A DNA stretch of 64,000 nucleotides from a virus, in IMG/VR virus record IMGVR_UViG_3300022752_000023, positions 1 through 64,000 of that record. One strand, 5' to 3'. The position numbers and the translations under genes are program-made. Numbering within the stretch: position 1 is the first letter of the stretch; each line of letters begins with the position of its first letter. This document shows positions 1 through 9,604 of the stretch, piece after piece. The notes below the pieces were generated by a model. It searched no databases, was not told the origin of the DNA, and worked only from the letters and a program-made list of their open reading frames with translations.

Positions 1-181
1 CTGTGGCGCCGGCAACGCCGGTTGTACCCGGAATACCTTGAGGGCCTGTAGCGCCTGTGGCGCCGGCAACGCCGGTTGTACCCGGAATACCTTGAGGGCC
101 TGTAGCGCCTGTGGCGCCGGCAACGCCGGTTGTACCCGGAATACCTTGAGGGCCTGTAGCGCCTGTGGCGCCGGCAACGCC
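1..181. repeat. 54-bp perfect tandem repeat (3 copies plus a partial) encoding [18 protein letters not shown]
   Basis: The unit ctgtggcgcc...tgtagcgc starts at 1, 55, 109 and 163. Confidence 0.95.
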
Positions 182-373
182 AGTCGGACCCTGCGGGCCT
201 GTCGCGCCGATACCGCCCGGCCCGCCGCCGCCGTCAGAAAGAGCGAGCAGCGCGCCGATAGTCGTTCGTTTTGTGGCGAGATTATTCGGATTCTGCGTAT
301 CGACAATAGGAATGATATCGCTTGTCGACGGGTTCTGCTTTTCAGGCAGCGAGGAAATTCTTTTATTTGACAT
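1..373 (-). CDS. Collagen-like (Gly-X-Y) protein, probable tail fibre/virion appendage, truncated at window edge
   Basis: Not in the ORF track because it runs off the edge. Hand translation from ATG at 373 gives [25 protein letters not shown]...[36 protein letters not shown]... Confidence 0.8.
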   Translation of the reverse strand, partial: MSNKRISSLPEKQNPSTSDIIPIVDTQNPNNLATKRTTIGALLALSDGGGGPGGIGATGPQGPTGVAGATGATGPQGIPGTTGVAGATGATGPQGIPGTTGVAGATGATGPQGIPGTTGVAGAT

Positions 374-387
374 GAAACGCACCTATT

Positions 388-687
388 TCAGTATGGGTCG
401 TCATCTTCCTCTGGCCGCGGGCGGTGCTTGCGCTTTTTATCAGACTTCACCCCTTCGAGATCGTCTGCTGCGCGCACCAGCCATTTGGCTAATTTACGCG
501 CATCGGCCGGTGATAGCAGGGGGAGTTGGGAGCCAAAAACATCGACAACAATTCCTGCTTCGGTGTAATTTTCGGCGTCCCAGTCGCCAGCCTGAAAACT
601 CACCGTAGGCGAGTCGGCGGGCGCTTTAGCCGTATTCACATTGCTAAATTCTATGTGATCGGGCTTGTTAACAACAACTGTGGCCAC
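388..687 (-). CDS. Hypothetical protein
   Basis: ORF with GGAGG RBS, packed in the operon. Confidence 0.75.
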   Translation of the reverse strand: MATVVVNKPDHIEFSNVNTAKAPADSPTVSFQAGDWDAENYTEAGIVVDVFGSQLPLLSPADARKLAKWLVRAADDLEGVKSDKKRKHRPRPEEDDDPY

Positions 688-692
688 GTAAA

Positions 693-965
693 TTATTCCT
701 CCTGCAAATCATCAACAATAACGGGCGTTAAATTTCCGGCTCTCAACGCCACAAATTTGCCCGCATAATATTCGTCAGCGTCATCCCGAGAAAAACCGTC
801 GGTCAAAAGTTTGGCGTAAATTTTTGCCCGGCTGTACACAGCTACCGGCCCGTCGTCCGCAATGTATCCCACCCCAACTAATGCCGAATCCATATTGTCA
901 AACAATATCGCCTCGGGGTTTAGGTCGGCTAACTCGGCAAGTACGCGTTGAGATTGTGCTGTCAT
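693..965 (-). CDS. Conserved phage hypothetical protein
   Basis: Pattern FDNMDSALVG...AVYS...DADEYY resembles a common small phage family; ATGA overlap with the upstream gene. Confidence 0.7.
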   Translation of the reverse strand: MTAQSQRVLAELADLNPEAILFDNMDSALVGVGYIADDGPVAVYSRAKIYAKLLTDGFSRDDADEYYAGKFVALRAGNLTPVIVDDLQEE

Positions 966-1465
966 TTTTTCACTCCGATCTGCAAATCTTCTAGAAATAA
1001 GATAGCAATATCACTGGCGCGGCGATAGCCTTCGCGTACGCCTCGTTGATACTCGGGGTGACCGGGTGGTGTATTTTTTTCGGTCATATCGGCTATTGTG
1101 GCCAGCGCGGCAACAAAACGATTATGCAGCCGGCGGTACTCGGGCGAGTTTAAAACTATGGCAGCGTCGACTGTTTGAGCTGGAGCAGCCACATCCGCCG
1201 AAAGCGTGGGCGCCAACCCTATTTTTTGCAGCGCGCGCGTAGTCCTAACAAGCGCGTCAAAATCACGAAATGTTTGCGCAGATCGTGGCACATATTTTTG
1301 AGCTAACTGATGAAGAGTTAGGCACAAACTAGCTAGCTCGTCTCCTGCGGTTTTTTGCTGCCGTTTCGTTTCGCGCCGGGCCGCTGTTTCGCGTGTATGC
1401 CGAACAAATTTTTCTCGGTCCGCTTTTTTCTGCGTGACATCTGACGACAAAACAAGCAGCGCCAT
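962..1465 (-). CDS. Hypothetical protein
   Basis: Start trimmed to ATG 1465 (RBS AAAGGA) to avoid overlapping tmk. Confidence 0.7.
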   Translation of the reverse strand: MALLVLSSDVTQKKADREKFVRHTRETAARRETKRQQKTAGDELASLCLTLHQLAQKYVPRSAQTFRDFDALVRTTRALQKIGLAPTLSADVAAPAQTVDAAIVLNSPEYRRLHNRFVAALATIADMTEKNTPPGHPEYQRGVREGYRRASDIAILFLEDLQIGVKK

Positions 1466-1475
1466 GTGCATCCTT

Positions 1476-2105
1476 TCAAACGGGTAAGGCAGTCTTGCGC
1501 GAAACAACAGAGAACAAACGATAAATTTCTTCGTGTGTTGCGTCGACCGGCGAATCAGCGTTGATGTGGTGCACGATACTTGCGTGCGGACGATACAGCG
1601 CGTGAGTTTTGTACGCCGCTCGCATGCGGTGCTGATCTTCAATACAGCGTCGTTCGTACCTGTCTGGTCGTGTGTGGCCTATGGGACGCCGCTGCTTGAC
1701 GTTCTCTGGCGCAATGTCCATGAGAAAAAGAATATCTGGGCAGATGTACGACGTTTCGCGAAAAATATTGACAATCAGGTCAGTTGATATGTTATTTATT
1801 TCGCCCTGATAGACGAGCGTCGACAACAGCCAGCGGTCACAAATAACGACGTGCCCTTGTGTAATTAAATCACGAATATGCGCCGACAGTTCTGCGCGGG
1901 CGGCGGAGAACAACAGCATTTGAGCCGCCGGAGTAATTGGCGCGTCATTATGCAAAAGAATTTGCCGAATCGCTGTACCAATACTCGTCGTCCCCGGATC
2001 GGCCACCTGTGTCGCGGTTATTCCTTCTTTGTGCAACCGCTGCAACAACATGCGCGCCTGCGTTGTTTTGCCGGCGCCGTCGATTCCTTCGAAACAAACG
2101 AACAC
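1476..2105 (-). CDS. tmk: Thymidylate kinase
   Basis: FEGIDGAGKTTQ P-loop, LLFSAAR, VICDRW..STLVYQG. Confidence 0.95.
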   Translation of the reverse strand: MFVCFEGIDGAGKTTQARMLLQRLHKEGITATQVADPGTTSIGTAIRQILLHNDAPITPAAQMLLFSAARAELSAHIRDLITQGHVVICDRWLLSTLVYQGEINNISTDLIVNIFRETSYICPDILFLMDIAPENVKQRRPIGHTRPDRYERRCIEDQHRMRAAYKTHALYRPHASIVHHINADSPVDATHEEIYRLFSVVSRKTALPV

Positions 2106-2118
2106 TTGGTTCCTCTCG

Positions 2119-2433
2119 TTAACGCCCGGTGATTTGAAAACTAGGGGAGTCGCTGCCCGCTGGTTTTGCGATTTTGCTCTGATTGCCGGTAATGCCGACG
2201 TCGCCGGGAACTTGGATAATTAACTCCTGTGCCGGTTCAAACAGCAGTAATTCACGCCCGTCAGCGAAGCGTAAAGCGAGCCCGTTAGGCGTATGGCCGA
2301 CCCCGACTACGCTATTTGTCGCCAACCACGTAGCAGCGTAGTCGCAAAAAGCTTTAAGTTGCTCGCTGACGAGTTCTGGTTTCTTTGCCGTAAAATCGTC
2401 AAGAATGCTATTCAACACTTCGCTTGCGGGCAT
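2119..2433 (-). CDS. Hypothetical protein
   Basis: ORF with GGAGG RBS in the operon. Confidence 0.7.
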   Translation of the reverse strand: MPASEVLNSILDDFTAKKPELVSEQLKAFCDYAATWLATNSVVGVGHTPNGLALRFADGRELLLFEPAQELIIQVPGDVGITGNQSKIAKPAGSDSPSFQITGR

Positions 2434-3169
2434 ATCGAACCTCCCGTTTCTTTTTTACTGGCGTCGGTTTATCGTTTTCGGCTTCGGCGGCTTTTGCGCG
2501 TATCCCGGTTGTATGTTGTGCGACGATTTTGTCAAGTTTGGCTTTCTGACGACATTCTTTGATTGTGCGGCTAACGTCGCCCAGAAGATTTCGCGCGGCA
2601 TGCGAAAATAACCGTAACACATAAAAACGCTCTGCCGCCCGTAACGCCAACAGATCCCCGTCAAGTTGGGTAAGTATTTTTTTAGCTTTTGGAATTGCTG
2701 TCACGCCGTTTGCATTAACAAACGCCAACAAATCGCGCGCAGTGCAAATGATGTCGGCGAGAACGATGATCTGCGAGCCTACCGGGCTGCCGCTGACTCG
2801 CCCGCGAAACTCCATATCGCGCTTTGTCTCGACCATACGAAAATCGCGGCTGATGTCAGCAACCATCGCTGCAACTTGTACCGTCGATATTTCGGCTATG
2901 TTTTCAAACGCACACGCACTGACATTTAAAACATCGTGCAACAGCGCGCCTTGAATAATCGCCGTAATACTTTCTTTTGTGTCGTCTGGTAAATAATCAG
3001 CACGTACGTCTTGATATAACTTGTGCGCGATCGTTTCTGCTTGTCGTGCGACTTGTTTGCTGTGCTCTACCAGACTAATCCCGGCGGTCGTACGCAGGTC
3101 TCGGTAGTGTTGCTCAGCAAATAACAATATGTGCCGTAACGGCACCACTAGGCTGTCCGATTTTTTCAT
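2408..3169 (-). CDS. HD-domain protein, SpoT/Mesh1 hydrolase-like, degenerate
   Basis: EHSKQVA...GALLHDVL...VAAMVADIS...IVLADII; RBS GGAGA before ATG 3169. Confidence 0.7.
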   Translation of the reverse strand: MKKSDSLVVPLRHILLFAEQHYRDLRTTAGISLVEHSKQVARQAETIAHKLYQDVRADYLPDDTKESITAIIQGALLHDVLNVSACAFENIAEISTVQVAAMVADISRDFRMVETKRDMEFRGRVSGSPVGSQIIVLADIICTARDLLAFVNANGVTAIPKAKKILTQLDGDLLALRAAERFYVLRLFSHAARNLLGDVSRTIKECRQKAKLDKIVAQHTTGIRAKAAEAENDKPTPVKKKREVRYARKRSVE

Positions 3170-3186
3170 GGCATCTCCATATGCCG

Positions 3187-4230
3187 TCACACAAGTTTGA
3201 GCAAAGTTTGCCAGCCCAGCTCAAACGATTTGCGGCGTGTTGCTAGGTTGTAGTTCACCCGGCGGTTTAAGTTATCAATGTGCGCCGGCTCTGCGATAAG
3301 AGTCTGTAGCGCGGTAATCAGCCGTTCATAATCTGGCGCCGCGTGAGGTACGCCATTTTCGTCGTAGTCTACACGTGTTTTAACAAGCACGCCATTTGCA
3401 TCCTGATACACGAAGTCAAGCTGCGGGGACAGCGCAAACGACAGCACAGGCGTACCGCAATTAATCGACATCAGGCTGCAAAAGCCGTAATTGTCGCACT
3501 CGGCTGGAAATATCGTGAGATCGTGCGCCGTGTACATGGCCGGGCGTTTTGCGAGCGGCGTATTACGAATAAGTTTCACCCGGCCGGAAGTTTTCCGCCC
3601 CAAAGTCTGAAAGAACTTAGCCACGGACGGCGCAAACCGGCAAGACGTAATTGCAACCGTAAGCTGCGCGTCGGGCATGCGTTCGAGCAGGTACCCGAGC
3701 AAACCCAAAAACTGGCTATTTGCGCAACGAGCGTTTCTGTCAAACCACGGTAAAAATATCTTTACCTGCCGGCTGTTGACTGTTTTTGTTTTCTTCGTGG
3801 CGGGTAGTCCAACGTCAAACGGAATGTACGTAACGTTTTTGAATTTGTAGACTTTTGTGAACAATTCACGCGCTTCCGAATTCATCGCAATAACGTGATC
3901 GGCGCGTTGCATGACTTTGCGGAACGGCCGCATCAGTTCCTGCCACATGGGCACAATGATCGTCCGCGCATTGATACGCCGCGTGAAATTTAGCGTGTCT
4001 AGCTTTGGCGGCTGCGTGTAGATAATTGTGTGGCACGTTTTTGCCCAATGCGTAAACGGGCATTGCTTTTTATGCACGACAGCTCGGTCGTGGTGTGTGC
4101 ACAGCTTAGCCGGCGGCGTATCGGCGTAAATGGTGTACTCAACGCCCTGTGTACGCAAAAAGTCAGCAAGCCGCACAGCAAAGTACGCTTCATCGCAGTG
4201 AGCGTAATGTGTATAGATACCAATACGCAT
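3187..4230 (-). CDS. GT-B fold glycosyltransferase-like protein (GT4-like)
   Basis: N-terminal MRIGIY, RADHVIAMNS, C-terminal HDLTIFPAECDNYGFCSLMSINCGTPVLS...NGVLV. Confidence 0.75.
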   Translation of the reverse strand: MRIGIYTHYAHCDEAYFAVRLADFLRTQGVEYTIYADTPPAKLCTHHDRAVVHKKQCPFTHWAKTCHTIIYTQPPKLDTLNFTRRINARTIIVPMWQELMRPFRKVMQRADHVIAMNSEARELFTKVYKFKNVTYIPFDVGLPATKKTKTVNSRQVKIFLPWFDRNARCANSQFLGLLGYLLERMPDAQLTVAITSCRFAPSVAKFFQTLGRKTSGRVKLIRNTPLAKRPAMYTAHDLTIFPAECDNYGFCSLMSINCGTPVLSFALSPQLDFVYQDANGVLVKTRVDYDENGVPHAAPDYERLITALQTLIAEPAHIDNLNRRVNYNLATRRKSFELGWQTLLKLV

Positions 4231-4233
4231 GTG

Positions 4234-6156
4234 TTATTGCGCTGGGGCGCCTTGGCCAAACTGCTGCGCCATGAGCATCGCGCCGCCCTGCGAACGAGCC
4301 TGTTGTCGAATGTCGTCGATAATACTTGTGACGAGCGCGTGCATTGTCGAATCGGATCTCTTCAGTTTGATAAGCTCAGAATCCTTTACAGATTCAGGCA
4401 TAGATAACAACTGATTCGCCATAAGCTGTGCTTGTTGCTGCAACTCTTCTGGTGTGCGCGGCACGTTCGGCGAGTTCTGCCGTTGCATAAGAAACTGATC
4501 GACCGGGCTCGGTGCTTGGCCGGGCATACCGCCGGCAGGTGCTTGAGCCGGCGCGCCGCCTCCTTGCGGCATACCCGTAGCGCCGGCACCCGTGTTGCCG
4601 ACACCTGACATCATGTCTGGCGCCTGACTCATGTCCTTCATTTGCTGCGCCTGCTGCATCTCCGCCTGCATGCGCTCTTGCTCTTCCGCGTAAATCTTTT
4701 CCTCTTCGAGCATTTGTTTGATCTCGTCGCGGTAATCCAAACCAACACTCGAAAGGCCAGTGCTCTTGCTGATCTGCTGCCCCTGCATGAGCTGCAGCTT
4801 GGCCATCTGCCGGTTAAGGTCGTCAGCGTGGGTGACGCGCATCAGCTTCGCGCTGACAGGTTCCCACGACATAACGCGCGAAATCGAAGACACCAACTCG
4901 TTCAAGAACAAATTCATATTGTGCGGCAAATGGCTCCAATTTGCTTCGAACAGACGTAGCGCAGCCGGCGCGGCTTGCAGCGTCAGCGTGCCGTTGAACA
5001 ACTCAACGGGCATGCCGATGCACTTCAGCAGCGTTTCTAAACCCTGATCGAGGAGGTCGCGGGGCGCGAGCTGCGACGCGTCTCCGCCAAGCGCCTGATA
5101 CTGCACAGGAAACGGAAGAATGTTCCAGCGCGCCGGGTCGCTGCGGCGCGCCCGAATCATCGCGTTAACGCGAGCAGTAAAGCTAGAAAGATTGATTGTA
5201 TGTACCGGGTCGGACGACTGCGCGTCGCCGCCGCGCGGCATTGGCGTGATCACACGAAACGGGATAACGTAATCAAGCGCGACTGCCTCGTTGTAGCGCT
5301 TGAGAATTTGGTAGTACCACGCTTCGCGGAAGTTTGCGAGCACGCGGGAGATACCCCAACCGCGGTTGCGCATGCCGGCAAGCGGATCTTCTTTAAGGTG
5401 AAAAATCACGCCCTTATCAAACATCAAATTCTGGCCATTTTTGATTGCCTGAATAACTTCCCAGCTTGCGCGCTCAAGATGGTGCAAGTGACCCTGTTTG
5501 ATCAGCGTGCGATAGTCTTCTGGAATTTTCCACACATATGAACATTCGCCGGTGTACGGGTCCCACAAGATATCAATTTCGTGTGGGCTCCAACGTTTGA
5601 CGGTAATGTGGCTTGTGTCACCACTGCGGCGGTCTACGTGTTTCCACGGTCCAACATGCTTACATTTCGGGCACGTTGCGTGAAACTGAAAATTCTGCCA
5701 CGAAAAAGCGCACTGATCAGAGTTCATTACCCGGTCGAGCGGCATCTCAAGTCCGCATTTCGGGCAAAACAAATACCTACGAAACGGCACAAGCAGACTA
5801 GTGAAAGAATTACCGTAGGTCATGTAATCCATGCCTACAGAGTGCAACACGTTTTTAATGCTTAACGTCTCAGACAAAAACGTCTGATACTTCTCTTTCT
5901 CTTCACGGCCTGTTTTGTTTTCGCCGACGTCTCTAATTTCGACGTCTGTAATAAAGTAAGACACGACGCGGTCAACGGCCTGCCTGTAGGGACCGTTCGC
6001 GTTCATGATGTACTCAGTCCAGCGCAGGGCCGTCTGGATGCTCTCAGGCATCGACAGACTGGCTACGTCGCAGAACGGGTCCGGGAAGCGCTCGTCGGCC
6101 TGTACGCCGCGACCGAGCGAGTTATACCCCATAGAAGCGGATGGTAAGAGCGTCAC
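4234..6156 (-). CDS. Probable portal protein with inserted Zn-ribbon and Q/P-rich tail
   Basis: 640 aa; DYMTYGNSF and IFHLK...RGWGIS portal-like motifs; two CPKC pairs; MQ/GP-rich C-terminus. Confidence 0.55.
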   Translation of the reverse strand: MTLLPSASMGYNSLGRGVQADERFPDPFCDVASLSMPESIQTALRWTEYIMNANGPYRQAVDRVVSYFITDVEIRDVGENKTGREEKEKYQTFLSETLSIKNVLHSVGMDYMTYGNSFTSLLVPFRRYLFCPKCGLEMPLDRVMNSDQCAFSWQNFQFHATCPKCKHVGPWKHVDRRSGDTSHITVKRWSPHEIDILWDPYTGECSYVWKIPEDYRTLIKQGHLHHLERASWEVIQAIKNGQNLMFDKGVIFHLKEDPLAGMRNRGWGISRVLANFREAWYYQILKRYNEAVALDYVIPFRVITPMPRGGDAQSSDPVHTINLSSFTARVNAMIRARRSDPARWNILPFPVQYQALGGDASQLAPRDLLDQGLETLLKCIGMPVELFNGTLTLQAAPAALRLFEANWSHLPHNMNLFLNELVSSISRVMSWEPVSAKLMRVTHADDLNRQMAKLQLMQGQQISKSTGLSSVGLDYRDEIKQMLEEEKIYAEEQERMQAEMQQAQQMKDMSQAPDMMSGVGNTGAGATGMPQGGGAPAQAPAGGMPGQAPSPVDQFLMQRQNSPNVPRTPEELQQQAQLMANQLLSMPESVKDSELIKLKRSDSTMHALVTSIIDDIRQQARSQGGAMLMAQQFGQGAPAQ

Positions 6157-6168
6157 GGGCGCCTCGCG

Positions 6169-6318
6169 CTATTTGGACGTGTTTTGAACAGTGTCCGCAG
6201 CTCGTTTGCGGAAATCACTATCAAGCGCCTGAACCTGCGCTTTCTTTTCGGTCGGCTGCGGGGCGTCGTCGTTTTCCGGGGGCGTGACGCCAGCTTTTAT
6301 AACTCCGCACTTTTCCAT
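6169..6318 (-). CDS. Small hypothetical protein (49 aa, MEKCGVIK...)
   Basis: Fills the gap exactly and has a GAGGTG RBS; below the ORF-track cutoff. Confidence 0.6.
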   Translation of the reverse strand: MEKCGVIKAGVTPPENDDAPQPTEKKAQVQALDSDFRKRAADTVQNTSK

Positions 6319-6320
6319 GA

Positions 6321-7232
6321 TTACACCTCGTCGTAATTTGCCCGCAGGGCGCGCTCAACGAGTAAAACACAGTACTCGCGGTTATCATAAACATACTGAA
6401 ATCCGGTCGTATGGACAAGGTATAACCGCCTGTCGTCGCTGATTTGTACGGCCCACGGACGCTGATAAGGATCGTTTGACGGCGGAAACCAGCGCGCTGC
6501 ATTTTGCTCAAAACGCAAGTCGTAAATTAATACGATAAAGCCGGCCTCCTCGATACTGTCAGGAGAAACTTGCGCGACCGACACAATTACGTCGTGAAAA
6601 AACGCCGGCACCGTCCCGATTCCCTCTTTTTCAAAGTACAGCAGTTTTTGCGGCGGACCAGCTTTATGCGCCGTGGCAGTTGCAGTCGGTACTGGGTTGT
6701 TTGATTGTTTCTTCAATCCAAACGCCGCCATTGGGCTGTAGTTTCGATCAATCTTTTCAATGGGCGGCATAGCAGCAGGCTGATCTAGTTCAGCGACCAT
6801 ATTTGCTACCAGTTGTTCTTCGTTATCGTCGGCGGGCGGCACGAGCGGAGGAGTTACTTTCTTTACGCGCGTCGGTACGCGCTGCACGCCGGCTTTCTCC
6901 ATCTTTGACAATTCTTCAAATACCATTGCCGCACGCTCCCTAATCGAGTTGATATCATTACCGGGAATGGCCGCCTGCGCCGTGGCTAACGCCTGCTCAA
7001 CAGCGGGCGCGGTCATTTGATCAAGAGTCAATCCCCCGACGTTAGAGCCGTTGGGATCAACAACGTTGATTTTAATTTTTGTACGGTCGTGTGGGTTGAA
7101 GTTAATTGGGATGCCGCCCGGCGTGGCCGGCGCGACGATTACACCCTTAAGCCCTCTGCTGCCGCGCATGACGTCGAGCATTGTGCGGCCGCTTTCTAGC
7201 CGTTCGTTCGCCGGGTCACGATAGTCAGCCAT
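6321..7232 (-). CDS. Hypothetical protein
   Basis: 303-aa ORF with GGAG RBS. Confidence 0.8.
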   Translation of the reverse strand: MADYRDPANERLESGRTMLDVMRGSRGLKGVIVAPATPGGIPINFNPHDRTKIKINVVDPNGSNVGGLTLDQMTAPAVEQALATAQAAIPGNDINSIRERAAMVFEELSKMEKAGVQRVPTRVKKVTPPLVPPADDNEEQLVANMVAELDQPAAMPPIEKIDRNYSPMAAFGLKKQSNNPVPTATATAHKAGPPQKLLYFEKEGIGTVPAFFHDVIVSVAQVSPDSIEEAGFIVLIYDLRFEQNAARWFPPSNDPYQRPWAVQISDDRRLYLVHTTGFQYVYDNREYCVLLVERALRANYDEV

Positions 7233-7248
7233 AAAAGCTCCAATAGCT

Positions 7249-7292
7249 AAAAAAAGGGGGCAACGAGTGGCCGAAGCCTAAACGTTGCCCCC
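7249..7292 (-). terminator. Rho-independent terminator
   Basis: GGGGGCAACG...CGTTGCCCCC stem followed by a T run on the minus strand. Confidence 0.8.
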
Positions 7293-7565
7293 GAAAGATT
7301 CTGAACTCAACTCAGGACACACTGAATACAGCTGTTTTTTCGGAATGTGAAAATACAGCCGACCAAGCGGGACCCCACCTCCGCAAACTAACCTGACGTG
7401 CTCTTCTGTTGGCAACACCTCTGCGAGGATCTTACCGGAGAGGAGCTGCGCTACCACTAAACCCGTACCACCGTCATCTGGAAAAAACGGTAGCGTACTC
7501 GGCGCGGCGTCGATGTTTAACAACCACGTTAACGCTGATTCTTCGGGTTTGATGAAATAACGCAT
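7278..7565 (-). CDS. Hypothetical protein
   Basis: ORF track; same strand as its neighbours. Confidence 0.65.
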   Translation of the reverse strand: MRYFIKPEESALTWLLNIDAAPSTLPFFPDDGGTGLVVAQLLSGKILAEVLPTEEHVRLVCGGGVPLGRLYFHIPKKQLYSVCPELSSESFGGNV

Positions 7566-7581
7566 GTCAGGAAGTTACGGA

Positions 7582-8835
7582 CTAGCGCGCAATGCGCATA
7601 CGAACACTTTCTGCACACTCAACCGCTACCGCAGCCCCGGCAGTTGCCGAAACCCGATAATCTTCCGAAGGTTGGTAACTCGACCGCTTCGGAACAAACT
7701 CGACCGGCGCTAGCAATTCACCGCGATACGGAAATGGCGTATTCTGCCATTCCGACGCCCGGTTAACCTGAATAGCGCTGAGGCGACTCAACACTAAAGG
7801 TTTAGCCGGAAACATCGCGGCTGTAAATAGCTCTTCGTCAGTCGCTTCCCGTTGCGCCCGCTTGGGCGCGTGAAACCGCAAATACGTTGCGGCCGCAGAC
7901 GGCATCTGCTCGATCGCCATCTTGATATCAATCTTCATCTCCAGCGGCTGGTCGGGAGATATAAGCGCATCACACATTTCGTCCTCGGCGGGCTTCAACT
8001 CGCCAAGTTCGGCATACATTCCGCGCAGTAAATCATCGACAATCCACTGTGGCATCCCTTCAACGCTGTCCAGCCCGTGCCGCGCCAGAATCTTGCCGGC
8101 CGGGTTCGGTAACGACACCGTGATGTCGCGGACAGCACCAAACGGATTACGAGCCATATCGCCCAGCACAGGCGAAAAATCTTCGACCGCGGCGTCGTGC
8201 TTGATCGCCTTGGTAACGTCCTTAGCCGACTCTTCGGTAAGCGCGGCAACGTTGACATAGGTCTTGTTGCCAAACTCACGAAGCATGCTGTCGCGCAGCT
8301 TGCGCCGGTAAGTCTCTACCAATTCAGACGGAGCATTCTGGACGGCCAGCGCGGTCAACTTATCCTCGTCGATCCGCATGTGGTCACGAACAGGAATATA
8401 CACCGTCGGCCAACGACAGGGCTCGAACGTTACCGTCTCGCCCCGCTTATCGGCATACCCGTAGTTGCAGATGTTATGAAGCATGTCACAGCCACGTTTT
8501 GCGTTAAGCCTGTGTTTCTGCTTGTTCATATTCAACTGCGCGCCGAAACCCTTGGGCGAAATTGGGGCGCGAAAGTCCCACTTGCCAAGCGTTTCTAGCC
8601 ATACGTCGCCAGACCGATCTGCCAGCGCCATTGCTGGAGACAGAGTCAGCCCGCCATGCCTAGTTACTTCAAGCACCAACGCCGAAGGGCGCACCTTATC
8701 GCCGAATCGCCGAAGCGGCGAGTCGAACTTTTTGCCCTCGCCGGCTAGCCAGCTTACCGCCACGAGTTCTTCGCAGCGGGCCGCTACCCGATCGAAAGCC
8801 GCGATAATCGTTGCCTGTGTCTTCGCGATATCCAC
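7582..8835 (-). CDS. Hypothetical protein
   Basis: About 417 aa; GTG 8835 is preceded by AAAGGAG. Confidence 0.8.
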   Translation of the reverse strand: MDIAKTQATIIAAFDRVAARCEELVAVSWLAGEGKKFDSPLRRFGDKVRPSALVLEVTRHGGLTLSPAMALADRSGDVWLETLGKWDFRAPISPKGFGAQLNMNKQKHRLNAKRGCDMLHNICNYGYADKRGETVTFEPCRWPTVYIPVRDHMRIDEDKLTALAVQNAPSELVETYRRKLRDSMLREFGNKTYVNVAALTEESAKDVTKAIKHDAAVEDFSPVLGDMARNPFGAVRDITVSLPNPAGKILARHGLDSVEGMPQWIVDDLLRGMYAELGELKPAEDEMCDALISPDQPLEMKIDIKMAIEQMPSAAATYLRFHAPKRAQREATDEELFTAAMFPAKPLVLSRLSAIQVNRASEWQNTPFPYRGELLAPVEFVPKRSSYQPSEDYRVSATAGAAVAVECAESVRMRIAR

Positions 8836-9043
8836 TACTAACTCCTTTTTGCAAATTACCATCCTTGACGGATTTGGATTCAAAGTGTTTCGACGAATAT
8901 AGGGACCACTCTTTCGGCGTTACGACAATCTCTTCATAGTCTCCACTTGAAGTCTTGTCATAAAACTGAACGAGAGTCCGGGTTACATCGAGAACTTCCT
9001 GTCTGCGAACAGGCCGTCCTTTGAATCGCACAACGTTACGCAA
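8696..9043 (-). CDS. Possible basic hypothetical protein overlapping the downstream gene
   Basis: TTG start with AAGGGGG RBS just downstream of a promoter-like site. Confidence 0.4.
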   Translation of the reverse strand: MRNVVRFKGRPVRRQEVLDVTRTLVQFYDKTSSGDYEEIVVTPKEWSLYSSKHFESKSVKDGNLQKGVSSGYREDTGNDYRGFRSGSGPLRRTRGGKLASRRGQKVRLAASAIRR

Positions 9044-9114
9044 ACACGAGTTCCCCCTTACAGCAATACAGCTGCAGTTTTTAGTGCTGCCCGCGTTCAA
9101 CGATAAAACGCGGT

Positions 9115-9143
9115 ACAATAAATATGCCAGCTTATGCTGACAA
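9115..9143 (-). promoter_or_regulatory. Sigma70-like promoter candidate
   Basis: TTGTCA-N17-TATTGT in an intergenic gap, followed by two hairpins. Confidence 0.45.
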
Positions 9144-9150
9144 ATTTAGT

Positions 9151-9603
9151 TCAGCTGTCGGGGTCCGGCAGTACGCCGTCGAAGACGTTTAAAGAGCCGT
9201 CGTCTTCGTCAGAAAAGAAATCGCCAGAGTTCACAGACGATTTTGGCGCCGCAGGTGTTTTAATCTCGGGCGGCGCTTCCAGATGAACCGGATCAATACC
9301 TAGATATCCGGTATCGTCTGGTTCGAGGCTGTCCGTGGTTATGTCAAAAAGCGGTATGTTGCCCCACGGCGTCAACAAATGCCGGAACGGTGGTTTAGAT
9401 ATGTTTAGCCGCACGCCAGCAAAGCTGAACACGCTCACATCTTTGTTGATGAGTTCTTTTAGTCGCGCGGTTAGTTTTTCTAGCGCATCAAACTCTTCTA
9501 CTTTGAAATCGCCCTCGGGGCTGAGGATGACGGCATAATAGTGCCCCGGGGCCTCAACGCCGTCAGGGGTAATCTTCGGTTCTGTTGCTGGCGCGTCGTC
9601 CAT
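9151..9603 (-). CDS. Hypothetical acidic protein
   Basis: ORF track. Confidence 0.75.
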   Translation of the reverse strand: MDDAPATEPKITPDGVEAPGHYYAVILSPEGDFKVEEFDALEKLTARLKELINKDVSVFSFAGVRLNISKPPFRHLLTPWGNIPLFDITTDSLEPDDTGYLGIDPVHLEAPPEIKTPAAPKSSVNSGDFFSDEDDGSLNVFDGVLPDPDS

Positions 9604-9604
9604 G

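Noticed and set aside
1-181. CRISPR array or guide array at the tandem repeat
   Set aside because: The units are contiguous with no spacers, are a multiple of 3, and encode Gly-X-Y collagen.
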